NCBI GenBank assembly: GCA_044223005.1
Contig: JBGAML010000006.1
Span: 160,001-224,000, forward strand
Direction of reading: 5' to 3'
Source: Candidatus Eiseniibacteriota bacterium
GTDB taxonomy: Bacteria; Eisenbacteria; RBG-16-71-46
Length of the DNA stretch: 64,000 bases
Each line of letters begins with the position of its first letter. The first letter of the stretch is position 1. A program made the translations under genes and the position numbers. The notes beneath the pieces were generated by a model. The model was given only the letters and a program-made list of their open reading frames with translations, did no database searches and was not told where the DNA came from. Shown piece by piece: positions 8,170 to 17,567 of the stretch.

Positions 8170-10032
8170 ATGACGTTGCCGGGCAGATTCAAGGCCGTCG
8201 GCATCGGCGTCACGGCGATCCTCGTGATCGCCGCGCGCACGATCCTCGGCGTGATGTTCCCGGAGTGGCTGCTCGGCCTCGCGCCCGAAGGGGCGCTGCC
8301 CATCACGCTCCGCGTCCTTGTCTGGAGTCTCGGAGGCGCCATCGCGTGCTTCGGCTTGTGGCGAGCTCGGACGCGATTGCTCGAGGCTGGGGGAACGCCT
8401 CGGGTGCCTGAGCTGCCCCAGTTGTGGTTCATGGGCTTATGCGTGGGCATGGCGCTCGCATTGCCGGACCGCACGCACTTCCTCGGCGATGCGATGCTTC
8501 GAAGTGGGGCGGTGGCCCGCGGCCTCTTGCTGCAGCACTTCCCGCAATCGCTCCCAGGCGACGTGTTCCTTCATCAGGACGTCCCAAGAACGCTGGCAGC
8601 AACCGGTCTCGGGCTTTGGCCGGCGCAGCGCGTCATCGGGGCGTGCGAGGCTTTCCTGCTTGGCTGGTCCGCCCTGAAGATCGCCAGAGCCGTTTCGCTG
8701 CCCCGTTCGCCGGACCTGCTGCTGATGGTCCCGCTTGTTGCACAGGGAACATTCGTGATGACGACCGCGATGGGGAAGGGCTGTACGGAGGTTGCGCTTG
8801 CAGGGATGGCCATGTTTGCGATGGGCATCGAACAGTCCAGAATTGGGCGGAAGAGCGCCGGGCCGGAGTTGGCACTGTTGGCGGCGCTCGCCATGCATCG
8901 GTCCGCCCTCGCTCTGCTCCCGATGTACCTGCTGCTCCGTTTCGATCGCGAAGGGCGTGATGGCTCGAGCGATCGCCGGAGCCGGATGATTCCCTTCGCC
9001 CAGCTGTTGCTCTTGATCGGCGGCTTCTGCCTGCTGCCACGATATGCGGCGACGATCGCCGGATTCGATGTTCCGCACCACCTGACCTCGGGTCGGCTGA
9101 ACCTGCTGCAGACCACACTGCTCAGGTTCTCGACGCCCCTCTGGTGGCTCGACAGGTTCAACGCTGTCGCGCTGGTGGCTCCCGCCGCGGGGCTGCTGCT
9201 TCTGGGCCCATTCGCGGCAAGGGTCTCGGCTCGCGAGCAGCGACTTGCCCTGTCCAGCATCATTGCTGCCGTGGGCATCATTCTGACCATCGAGCCACAA
9301 CAGGGATCATTCCGTGACTTGGACGTGTTCGTACCGAGCGGCGCCCTCATCACATGCGTTGCGGTCTGGCTCCTGGGCTTCGTATCGGAGTCCGCAAGTG
9401 GGCGGCTTCTCCGTTCCGCGGTGCTCGCGAACTCCGTGATGACGATCTTGGGCTATCTCCTCGTCATGACGATCCCGGCGTTTGGCTTGACTCGAATCGA
9501 GCGCATCGCTCAGGGTCCGCCGCACCGTGATCCCTCGGTACGGGCGCAGTTGTGGGAGACTCTCGGTGACCGCTACACACTCGATGGCGACAATGCGGCT
9601 GCGCTAGGCGCGTATCGACGAGCGCTACGAGAAGTCCCCTCGCCTCGGCGTGAGATGTCCGCCCTGGTGACGGCCGCCGCCGTCAGGGACCCTGAAGTGC
9701 TCCAATCCACCAGTCGCCTGTTGCTGGCCAGAGATTCACTGAACATCATTGGGCTGCTCGGCATGGCGAAGGCCGCCGAGTATTCATCCGGAGCGCGCCC
9801 AGCAAGCCCAGCTCGTGCGCGGCTCGACTCAGTACTGCATGCCTCGAGTCGCGCGCGTGCCCAGTGGGCGGCGACACTCTCCGCATTTCCGGCACTGACC
9901 CCATCGGATACGACGATGCCTGCCGCAATCCGGGCCTCGCGCAAGGCACCGAGGGCCCGCGGCATCGCCGCGGGCCCTCGTGCCGTTTCGCCGGCGCGGC
10001 CCGCTACGGCGCGAGCGCGAGCTTGCGCGTGA
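8170..10032 (+). CDS. Polytopic membrane protein of unknown function with a C-terminal TPR-like helix pair
   Basis: About 12 hydrophobic segments; LWETLGDRY...AALGAYRRAL is TPR-like. GC is visibly lower than in flanking genes. Confidence 0.65.
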   Translation: MTLPGRFKAVGIGVTAILVIAARTILGVMFPEWLLGLAPEGALPITLRVLVWSLGGAIACFGLWRARTRLLEAGGTPRVPELPQLWFMGLCVGMALALPDRTHFLGDAMLRSGAVARGLLLQHFPQSLPGDVFLHQDVPRTLAATGLGLWPAQRVIGACEAFLLGWSALKIARAVSLPRSPDLLLMVPLVAQGTFVMTTAMGKGCTEVALAGMAMFAMGIEQSRIGRKSAGPELALLAALAMHRSALALLPMYLLLRFDREGRDGSSDRRSRMIPFAQLLLLIGGFCLLPRYAATIAGFDVPHHLTSGRLNLLQTTLLRFSTPLWWLDRFNAVALVAPAAGLLLLGPFAARVSAREQRLALSSIIAAVGIILTIEPQQGSFRDLDVFVPSGALITCVAVWLLGFVSESASGRLLRSAVLANSVMTILGYLLVMTIPAFGLTRIERIAQGPPHRDPSVRAQLWETLGDRYTLDGDNAAALGAYRRALREVPSPRREMSALVTAAAVRDPEVLQSTSRLLLARDSLNIIGLLGMAKAAEYSSGARPASPARARLDSVLHASSRARAQWAATLSAFPALTPSDTTMPAAIRASRKAPRARGIAAGPRAVSPARPATARARACA

Positions 10033-12079
10033 TCGTGCCGGCGTCGCTCGCGATGCGCACCAGGTAGACGCCCGCGCCGAGGGAACGGCCGGCGTCGTCG
10101 CGCAGGTCCCACGTGCGTGCGTGCGTGCCGGCGGCGAACGTGCCGCTCGCGAGTCGGCGCACGCGCCGGCCCGTCACGTCGTGCACCGTCACCTCGGCGC
10201 GCCCAGCGTGCGGCAGCGTGAAGCGCACCTGGCCCTCGCGGTTCGCGGGGTTGGGGCCCACCGCCAGCGCGAGCGCGCCGGCTACCGGCACCTCCACCCA
10301 CACGGGCTCCGACGTCGCGCGCTGACCGCCCGCGCTCCACGCGAGCCGGTAGCCGACGCGGGTTCCGGCGGGCGCCGCGGCGTCGGTGAGGGTGACGCGG
10401 CCGTCCGTGCCGGGCGCGGGGCGCGCGATCTCGCTCCAGGCGCCCGCGAGATCGCCGCGCTCGACCGCGAGATTCGTGGCGCCGTCGAGCGCGACCTGCC
10501 AGGCGAGGTGCACGCCGTCCGCGGCCACCTCCGCGCTCAGCAGCGAGACCGTGGTCGCGACCGGGCCGTCCGTCAGCACGCGCTGCGCGTACACGGTGCT
10601 GCCCCAGCCACCGTCCGCGTGGCGCGCGTCGTTCCACGCCACGATCACGCCGGCGTCCGAGCGCGTGGCCGCCGTGAACCCGTACGCGATGCCGCTCGAG
10701 GCCAACGCTTGTCCATTCGCGGGCCAGCCGCTCGCCGGCTGGCCGTTCGCGTCCAACTCGCGCACGACCACGGCGGTCGCCCCGGTCGGACTGGGGTCGA
10801 CATGGTAGGTCGCGAACGCTCCGTGCGCGTCGTCCACGGCGAGCGCGCCGCTCGAGTAGTAGGTGCCGAGCGGGCGAGCGTCGAGCGCAAGCCCGTCGAG
10901 CGGCCAGCCCGGCTGCGGCTGGCCGTCGCTCGCGAGCCGGTGCAGCACGTTCTGCCGAGTCGACCTTCCGCCACTCGTCGAACGCAGCAGGTAGAGCCCA
11001 CCCGTGCCGTCGCCCTGCGCGCCGAACAGGTCCCCGAACTGGTTCATCTCGCCCAGCACGCGCCCCTCGGCGGGAGTGCCCGCGACGAGCGATCCCTCCG
11101 CCGCGAGATGCGAGACCCGTGCGGCTGCGGTGTTCGCCACGAGGCCCTGCTCGCACCACACCACCCACACGCCACCCATACCGTCCACGCGGAGCCGCGG
11201 CCGGGTGGGCTCGGTCAGCGGTCCACTGGTCCGCACACCGCCCGCCGGCCATGCCGGATCGAGCGTGCCGTCGCCGCGGATGCGCTGTACGTAGACATCG
11301 CGGCTCTGCAGGCCGCCGACCCAGTTGCGGTTGTCGACCCACGCGACGAACGCGCCGCCGGTGCCGTCGCCGGCCACGGCGAACCCGGCGGACTCGATCG
11401 CCTGCCCCGGGGGCGCGAGCGTCGCCTCGGGCCAGAGCGACACGCCATTCGCGTCGAATCGCGTCGCCACGAGCGGTAACGCCGGGCGCGGGTCCGGAGG
11501 CGAAGAAGCGCCGAGGCCCACCGACGCGAACACGAGTCCGCCGGTGCCGTCCGCGTCGACCGCGGCCTGCTGGGCGTTCAGCAGGCCGAAGGGTGACGCG
11601 CCGAGCGCCCGGACCGCGCCGGTCGCGGAGACGTGATAGACCTGCACGTCGTTCACGAAGTCGCCGACGATGCCCTGCTGCAGTGTCACGACGAACGCGC
11701 CCTGCGCACCGTCGGGGAATGAGCCGATGACGCCGGCGGAGAAGGTCGGCCCGAAGCTCATCGGATTCCACCCGACGAGCTGGCGGCCCGCGGCGGGCCA
11801 GCCGGCCGCGATGTTCCCGTCGCGGTCGATCCGCTGGGTTTCGATTCGCTCGTAGAGGTAGTCGGCGACCGTCACGTTCGTCTCGTGAAGCCACGTGAGG
11901 ATCGTGCCGCCGGCACCGTCGGCCGTGGCCGCGACGAGGGAATAGGAATCGTACTGCGGGGGCAGCGGCGAGACGCGCGTGCCGCCCGGCTGCCACGCGG
12001 CGAGTGCCGTGGCGGGGGAGAGCGCGACCGAGATCGCAAGAGTAAGGAGGGAGGCCACGAAGCTCGACGAAGGGCGCAT
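10004..12079 (-). CDS. Secreted repeat (beta-propeller-like) protein with a C-terminal FlgD-Ig/T9SS-A-like domain
   Basis: Signal peptide MRPSSSFVASLL...ALA; repeated DGxGG and GWPxxG units; C-terminus PNP...DVTGRRVRRL...WDLRDDAG...GVYLVR. Confidence 0.85.
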   Translation of the reverse strand: MRPSSSFVASLLTLAISVALSPATALAAWQPGGTRVSPLPPQYDSYSLVAATADGAGGTILTWLHETNVTVADYLYERIETQRIDRDGNIAAGWPAAGRQLVGWNPMSFGPTFSAGVIGSFPDGAQGAFVVTLQQGIVGDFVNDVQVYHVSATGAVRALGASPFGLLNAQQAAVDADGTGGLVFASVGLGASSPPDPRPALPLVATRFDANGVSLWPEATLAPPGQAIESAGFAVAGDGTGGAFVAWVDNRNWVGGLQSRDVYVQRIRGDGTLDPAWPAGGVRTSGPLTEPTRPRLRVDGMGGVWVVWCEQGLVANTAAARVSHLAAEGSLVAGTPAEGRVLGEMNQFGDLFGAQGDGTGGLYLLRSTSGGRSTRQNVLHRLASDGQPQPGWPLDGLALDARPLGTYYSSGALAVDDAHGAFATYHVDPSPTGATAVVVRELDANGQPASGWPANGQALASSGIAYGFTAATRSDAGVIVAWNDARHADGGWGSTVYAQRVLTDGPVATTVSLLSAEVAADGVHLAWQVALDGATNLAVERGDLAGAWSEIARPAPGTDGRVTLTDAAAPAGTRVGYRLAWSAGGQRATSEPVWVEVPVAGALALAVGPNPANREGQVRFTLPHAGRAEVTVHDVTGRRVRRLASGTFAAGTHARTWDLRDDAGRSLGAGVYLVRIASDAGTITRKLALAP

Positions 12080-12352
12080 GGGCTTTTCCGGAAGCGGTGG
12101 GTCGTGGGGGGACCGCTCAAGAGGGTAGACCCCGAACCGCGCCTCGGCCACGAGAGCCCGGCGCCCCGTGCCCTCGCGGGCGTTCGCGCGGCTTTCGGGC
12201 ATGCAGCGGAATCGGGTCGGGCCCCGAGTTCGCACGCTTCGCATGAGGTGGCCCGACGCGATGCGAGGGCGGTGGCACCACGCCCCGCAGGTCCCGTCCC
12301 GGCATGGCGTTGCGCCGAACGGACCGGTTCCCCGAGAGGTGGCCGAATTGGG

Positions 12353-12380
12353 TTGACCGACCGGAGTGCCTCCGTATACT
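12353..12380 (+). promoter_or_regulatory. sigma70-type promoter upstream of the acidic small protein
   Basis: TTGACC-16 bp-TATACT. Confidence 0.65.
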
Positions 12381-12494
12381 GCGCGTGCTTTCGGGAGCCA
12401 GCCCGCGAACGTGCGGGTTCGTTCGGTGCCGGCGTGATGCACGCGACGGTCACGAACGAAGTGTATCGCCGACCCCCGGCCAACAGAGGGTGAC

Positions 12495-12728
12495 ATGAAG
12501 CGCAAGAAGGGCGAAGGCGACGACAACTTCGACGTCTTCGATGACGACGAAGTCGAAGAGTACGACGAGGAAGAGACCGACGACGAGGATGGCGAGCTGT
12601 ACGACGACGACGAGCTCGACGACGAGTTCAGCGACGAAGACGCCGACTTCGACGAGGATTTCGAGGGCGAAGACGGACTCGACGAAGAAGAGGACGATTT
12701 CGACGAGCTCGTCGACGACGACGAGTAA
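12495..12728 (+). CDS. 77-aa hyperacidic, probably intrinsically disordered protein
   Basis: SD-like AGAGGG, ATG, host-like codons (GAC/GAG), TAA stop. Sequence is MKRKK followed by an acidic tail; 48 of 77 residues are D/E. Confidence 0.75.
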   Translation: MKRKKGEGDDNFDVFDDDEVEEYDEEETDDEDGELYDDDELDDEFSDEDADFDEDFEGEDGLDEEEDDFDELVDDDE

Positions 12729-12921
12729 GCGCATCGAATAGTCCCTGGTTCATCTGCAGCATCTGCGCTCGAGGTCCCCGACGCCCGGCTCCAGGGCCGG
12801 CGCGAAACCGGGCCGCTGCGCGGCGCCCGCCGCGCAGGAGCGACGCCGCTTCGAGCCCCGGCCGGTGCCACCGGCCGGGGCGTCGCGTTCCCGGGCGCCT
12901 CGCGCCCTCCAAGGAGATCCC

Positions 12922-14106
12922 GTGAGCTTGCCGACCGCCCGACTGCTGCTGAAGCGCGGAGAAGACCGCCGCGTGCGTGGCGGACATCCGTGGATCTTCA
13001 GCAACGAGATCGACGCATTGGAGGGCGAGGTCGAGAACGGCGGCCTGGTCGAAGTCGCCGACCAGCGCGGCGCGTTCCTCGGCATCGCCTACGTGAACCG
13101 GCGCAGCCTGATCGCGGCGCGGCTGCTGACGCGCGGACGCGATCCGATCGACGCGGCGTTCTTCGCCCGCCGGCTCGAGCGCGCGAAGGCGTTCCGGGCA
13201 CAGGCCTGCCCGGGCGACGAGGCCGTACGGCTCGTCTACGGCGAGTCGGACCAGCTGCCGGGGCTCGTGATCGACCGCTACGGCGACGTGCTCGCGGTGC
13301 AGGTGCTCACGCTGGGGATCGAGGCGCAGTTGGACGCGGTGCGCGAGGCGATCGAGCAGGTGATCGCGCCGCGCGGCGTGGTCTACGTGGGCGACTCGCC
13401 GCTGCGCGAACTGGAAGGGCTTCCGCTTCGGCGCGAGGCGTGGTGGGGCGACGTGCCCGAGCGCCTCGCGGTGAACGTGAGCGGCTTCGGGCTCGAGGTC
13501 GACCTGGTCGGTGGCCAGAAGACCGGGCTCTTCCTCGACCAGCGCCGCAACCGCGCGCTGGCGGAAGCACGCGCGCACGGCCGCAAGGCGCTGGACGTGT
13601 TCTGCTACCAGGGCGAGTGGGCCATGCACATGGCGCGTGGCGGCGCCGAGAGCGTGCTGGCGATCGATTCGAGCGAGCCCGCGCTGGCGCTGGCGCGAGC
13701 CAACGCCGAGCGCGCCGGCTTCGCGGACCGGATCGGCTTCGTGCGCGGCACGGCGTTCGAGGAGTTGCGCAAGCTCGAGCGCGAGGGGGCGCACTTCGGG
13801 ATCGTGGTGCTCGACCCGCCGGCGCTCATCAAGGCGCGGCGCCAGATCGCGAACGGCGCGCGCGCCTACCGCGAGCTCAACCGCGCGGCGATGGCGCTGC
13901 TCGAGCGCGACGGCGTGCTGGTGACCTGCACGTGCAGCCATCACCTGGACGACGCGCTCTTCCGCCAGGTGCTGCTGGAGGCGGCGCGCCAGGCGCGGCG
14001 CCCGATGCGGCTGCTCGAGTGGACCGCCGAGGCCCCGGACCATCCGCAGCTCCTCGCGGTGCCGGAGACGCACTACCTGAAGTGCGCGGTGCTGCAGGCG
14101 CTCTGA
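12922..14106 (+). CDS. rlmI: Class I SAM-dependent rRNA methyltransferase (RlmI/YccW family)
   Basis: PUA-like GHPWIFSNE, ESDQLPGLVIDRY, GQKTGLFLDQR, LDPP, CTCS, HP, YLK; SD AAGGAG before GTG. Confidence 0.88.
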   Translation: MSLPTARLLLKRGEDRRVRGGHPWIFSNEIDALEGEVENGGLVEVADQRGAFLGIAYVNRRSLIAARLLTRGRDPIDAAFFARRLERAKAFRAQACPGDEAVRLVYGESDQLPGLVIDRYGDVLAVQVLTLGIEAQLDAVREAIEQVIAPRGVVYVGDSPLRELEGLPLRREAWWGDVPERLAVNVSGFGLEVDLVGGQKTGLFLDQRRNRALAEARAHGRKALDVFCYQGEWAMHMARGGAESVLAIDSSEPALALARANAERAGFADRIGFVRGTAFEELRKLEREGAHFGIVVLDPPALIKARRQIANGARAYRELNRAAMALLERDGVLVTCTCSHHLDDALFRQVLLEAARQARRPMRLLEWTAEAPDHPQLLAVPETHYLKCAVLQAL

Positions 14107-14113
14107 CGCCACC

Positions 14114-14157
14114 ACGCGAACGGCGCGCGGCCCCACGGGGTCGCGCGCCGTTCGCGT
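14114..14157. terminator. Long bidirectional hairpin between convergent genes
   Basis: ACGCGAACGGCGCGCGGCCC...GGGTCGCGCGCCGTTCGCGT, a stem of about 20 bp. Confidence 0.7.
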
Positions 14158-14190
14158 TTCGGGCCGCGGAGCCTCCCCGCGGCCGGGCGT

Positions 14191-14466
14191 TCAGGCGCCC
14201 TTCTTCACCTCGTCCACGTAGTTCATCCGCAGGTCGGTCAGCACCTGCGTGAGCACGCGCTGCTCGTCGGGCTCGAGGTTGCCGCGGGTGCGCGACTCGA
14301 TCGCCGACAGCGTGTCGATCGTGTTCTTGGCGGCTTCGAGGTTGCGCTCGATCTTGCCGCTGACGGGGTTCATGAGCTTGCCGAGGCCGACCATGGCGGC
14401 CTGCTGGAGCCCGAGGACCAGCTGCAGGAACAGCGCGGCTTCGCGCGAGGGATTCGATTCGCTCAC
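14191..14466 (-). CDS. DUF1844-family small protein
   Basis: FLQLV...AMVGLGKLMNP...NLEAAKNTIDTL...TRGNL...LTDLRMNYV; GTGA coupling to the mazG stop. Confidence 0.8.
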   Translation of the reverse strand: MSESNPSREAALFLQLVLGLQQAAMVGLGKLMNPVSGKIERNLEAAKNTIDTLSAIESRTRGNLEPDEQRVLTQVLTDLRMNYVDEVKKGA

Positions 14467-15299
14467 GGCTTCTCTCCGGGTGCCGGCGTGGCCGGTGTGG
14501 AACGGGAGAGGCGCTTCGCCTCTTCCCACAGGGCGTCCATCTCTTCGAGCGTGGATTCCACCGGCGTGCGCCCACGTTCGGCCAGGCGCTTCTCGATGTG
14601 GCGGAACCGCTCGCGGAATCGGTGCGAGGTCGCACGCAGCTCGCGCTCGGGGTCGATGCGCAGCTTGCGCGCGAGGTTGGTGACGGCGAAGAGCAGGTCG
14701 CCGATCTCACGCGCGGTCTCGGGGCTGGTGTCGCCGCCGTCCTGCGCGAGCTCGTGCTCGATCTCGAGCTGCTCCTCGCGCACCTTCTTCATCGCGCCCT
14801 CGACGTCGGGCCAGTCGAACCCGACCGCGGCCGCCTTCTCCTGCAGCCGGAACGCGGCCACCAGCGCGGGCAGGCCCTTGGGCTGCTCGCCCAGGAGCGA
14901 GGCCTCGGGCTGACCGGCCTTTTCGGCCTTCTTGATCTCCTGCCACTGCTGGTAGGCGCGCGCGCCGTCGGCGACGACGGCGTCGCCGTAGACGTGCGGG
15001 TGCCGGCGGATCAGCTTCTCGGCCGCGCGATCGAGCGCTTCGGCCACGCCGAGCCCGGTCTTCTCGCCCAGCAGCTCGAGGCAGAAGATCACCAGGAAGC
15101 CGAGGTCACCGAGTTCCTCGGCGGAGTGGTCGGCGTCCCCGGAGGCGATCGCCTCGACGGATTCGACGGCCTCCTCGGTCAGGTAGGGCGTCATCGTCTC
15201 CAGCGTCTGCTCGCGGTCCCACGGGCAGCCGTCCGGGCCGCGCAGGCGCCGGCAGACGCCGAGCAGCTTCTCGAAGGCTTCGCGTTCGGTGAGTGCCAT
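14463..15299 (-). CDS. mazG: Nucleoside triphosphate pyrophosphohydrolase MazG
   Basis: GCPWDREQT, EELGDL, KLIRRHPHV, VGFDWP, EIGDLLF, tandem MazG domains. Confidence 0.95.
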   Translation of the reverse strand: MALTEREAFEKLLGVCRRLRGPDGCPWDREQTLETMTPYLTEEAVESVEAIASGDADHSAEELGDLGFLVIFCLELLGEKTGLGVAEALDRAAEKLIRRHPHVYGDAVVADGARAYQQWQEIKKAEKAGQPEASLLGEQPKGLPALVAAFRLQEKAAAVGFDWPDVEGAMKKVREEQLEIEHELAQDGGDTSPETAREIGDLLFAVTNLARKLRIDPERELRATSHRFRERFRHIEKRLAERGRTPVESTLEEMDALWEEAKRLSRSTPATPAPGEKP

Positions 15300-15352
15300 G
15301 CGCGGAACGATAGCCGAATCGGACGGCGCGTGCGACGCGCCGCGGGGCGGCT

Positions 15353-15826
15353 TCAGCCGCGCAGGGGGCGGGCCGCGAGCGCGCCGTGCAACACCGTGCG
15401 CAGCTCTTCGTGCGCGAGCGGACGCACCGCGACGTAGTAGGGGCGCACGGCCTGCGCGCGCGTGCGCATCTCGATCGAGCCGTCGGACGTGACGAGCACG
15501 ATCGGTACGCGTGGCGCCGATCGGCGGAGCAACTGCATGAGCTTCAGGCGCTCGTCGTCGAGGCGGGGGAGCGAGGTCACGACGACGTCGAAGGACGTCT
15601 CGGCGGTTTCACGCAGCGCGTCGGCGAGCGAGTGCAGCGCGGTCACCTCGAAGCCCAGGTCGCGCAGGTCGTCGCCGATGGGCCGGGGCGCGGCCGGATC
15701 GCATTCGCAGGCGAGCACGCGCGTCGACCGGGCGATGCGCTTCGCGGCGACCCGTCTCCGCTTCGCCTGCTGCGAAGGATTCGCCCGCTTGGGCGATCCT
15801 GCCTTCTTTCTCTCGGCGGGGCTCAT
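15353..15826 (-). CDS. Single-domain atypical (pseudo-)receiver protein with a basic N-terminal arm
   Basis: CheY-like pattern VLACECD...FDVVVTS...PIVLVT...VRP, lacking the phospho-Asp and the conserved Lys. Confidence 0.7.
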   Translation of the reverse strand: MSPAERKKAGSPKRANPSQQAKRRRVAAKRIARSTRVLACECDPAAPRPIGDDLRDLGFEVTALHSLADALRETAETSFDVVVTSLPRLDDERLKLMQLLRRSAPRVPIVLVTSDGSIEMRTRAQAVRPYYVAVRPLAHEELRTVLHGALAARPLRG

Positions 15827-16051
15827 GCCTCGGAGGTAAAGAAAAGGCGCGGCGTCACGGTCCATCCTCCCCGCTCGGAAGAGACGGTTGGGGCGTCAGC
15901 TTCCGCGCGTGCACGTGAGCGCCGCGCCGAATAACGGAATCCCGGAGGATTCCGGAGAACTTGTGCGGCAACCGCCGCGGCCACCAGCTCATGAAACCAG
16001 CCGGGCCGCCCCAGCTCGCAGGGTTCGGTTGCCGCTCGGAAGAACGGGAAC

Positions 16052-16066
16052 GCAAGAGGCGGGCCG
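16052..16066 (-). promoter_or_regulatory. Candidate sigma54 (-24/-12) promoter
   Basis: Minus strand CGGCCCGCCTCTTGC = GG-N10-GC with TTGC. It overlaps a hairpin that may instead be a terminator. Confidence 0.45.
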
Positions 16067-16162
16067 ACTTTGGTCGACCCGCCCATGACGCCGTATCTCT
16101 AGGGGAAATCGTGGTGATGCGCTGTTTCACACCGCGTAGGTGACGCTGCCCGTTGTGTTTCC

Positions 16163-16196
16163 GCTGTCAGAGTGACAGCCGGGGTCTGTCGGGCTG

Positions 16197-16199
<3 letters not shown>
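16163..16199. promoter_or_regulatory. Candidate enhancer (UAS) sites
   Basis: Perfect inverted repeat GCTGTCA-GAG-TGACAGC (16163-16179) plus a second TGTCG-GGC-TGTCA (16187-16199). Confidence 0.5.

Positions 16200-17559
<1,360 letters not shown>

Positions 17560-17567
<8 letters not shown>

Noticed and set aside
7960..12500. attR duplication of the tRNA-Asp 3' end
   Set aside because: No repeat of the tRNA 3' end was found by eye downstream, so an intact integrative element is not supported.
12740..12800. Possible 6S or SRP RNA in the spacer
   Set aside because: No SRP GGAA-loop motif, and the CCCTGG/CCAGGG pairing spans only about 50 nt, too short for 6S.
12080..12871. N-terminal poly-Ser extension of ORF 10004-12871
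   Set aside because: It is the antisense reading of the D/E-rich gene; the real start with a signal peptide is at 12079.
15968..15983. Second sigma54-like site TGGCCGCGGCGGTTGC (minus strand)
   Set aside because: GG-to-GC spacing is 11 nt, not the required 10.
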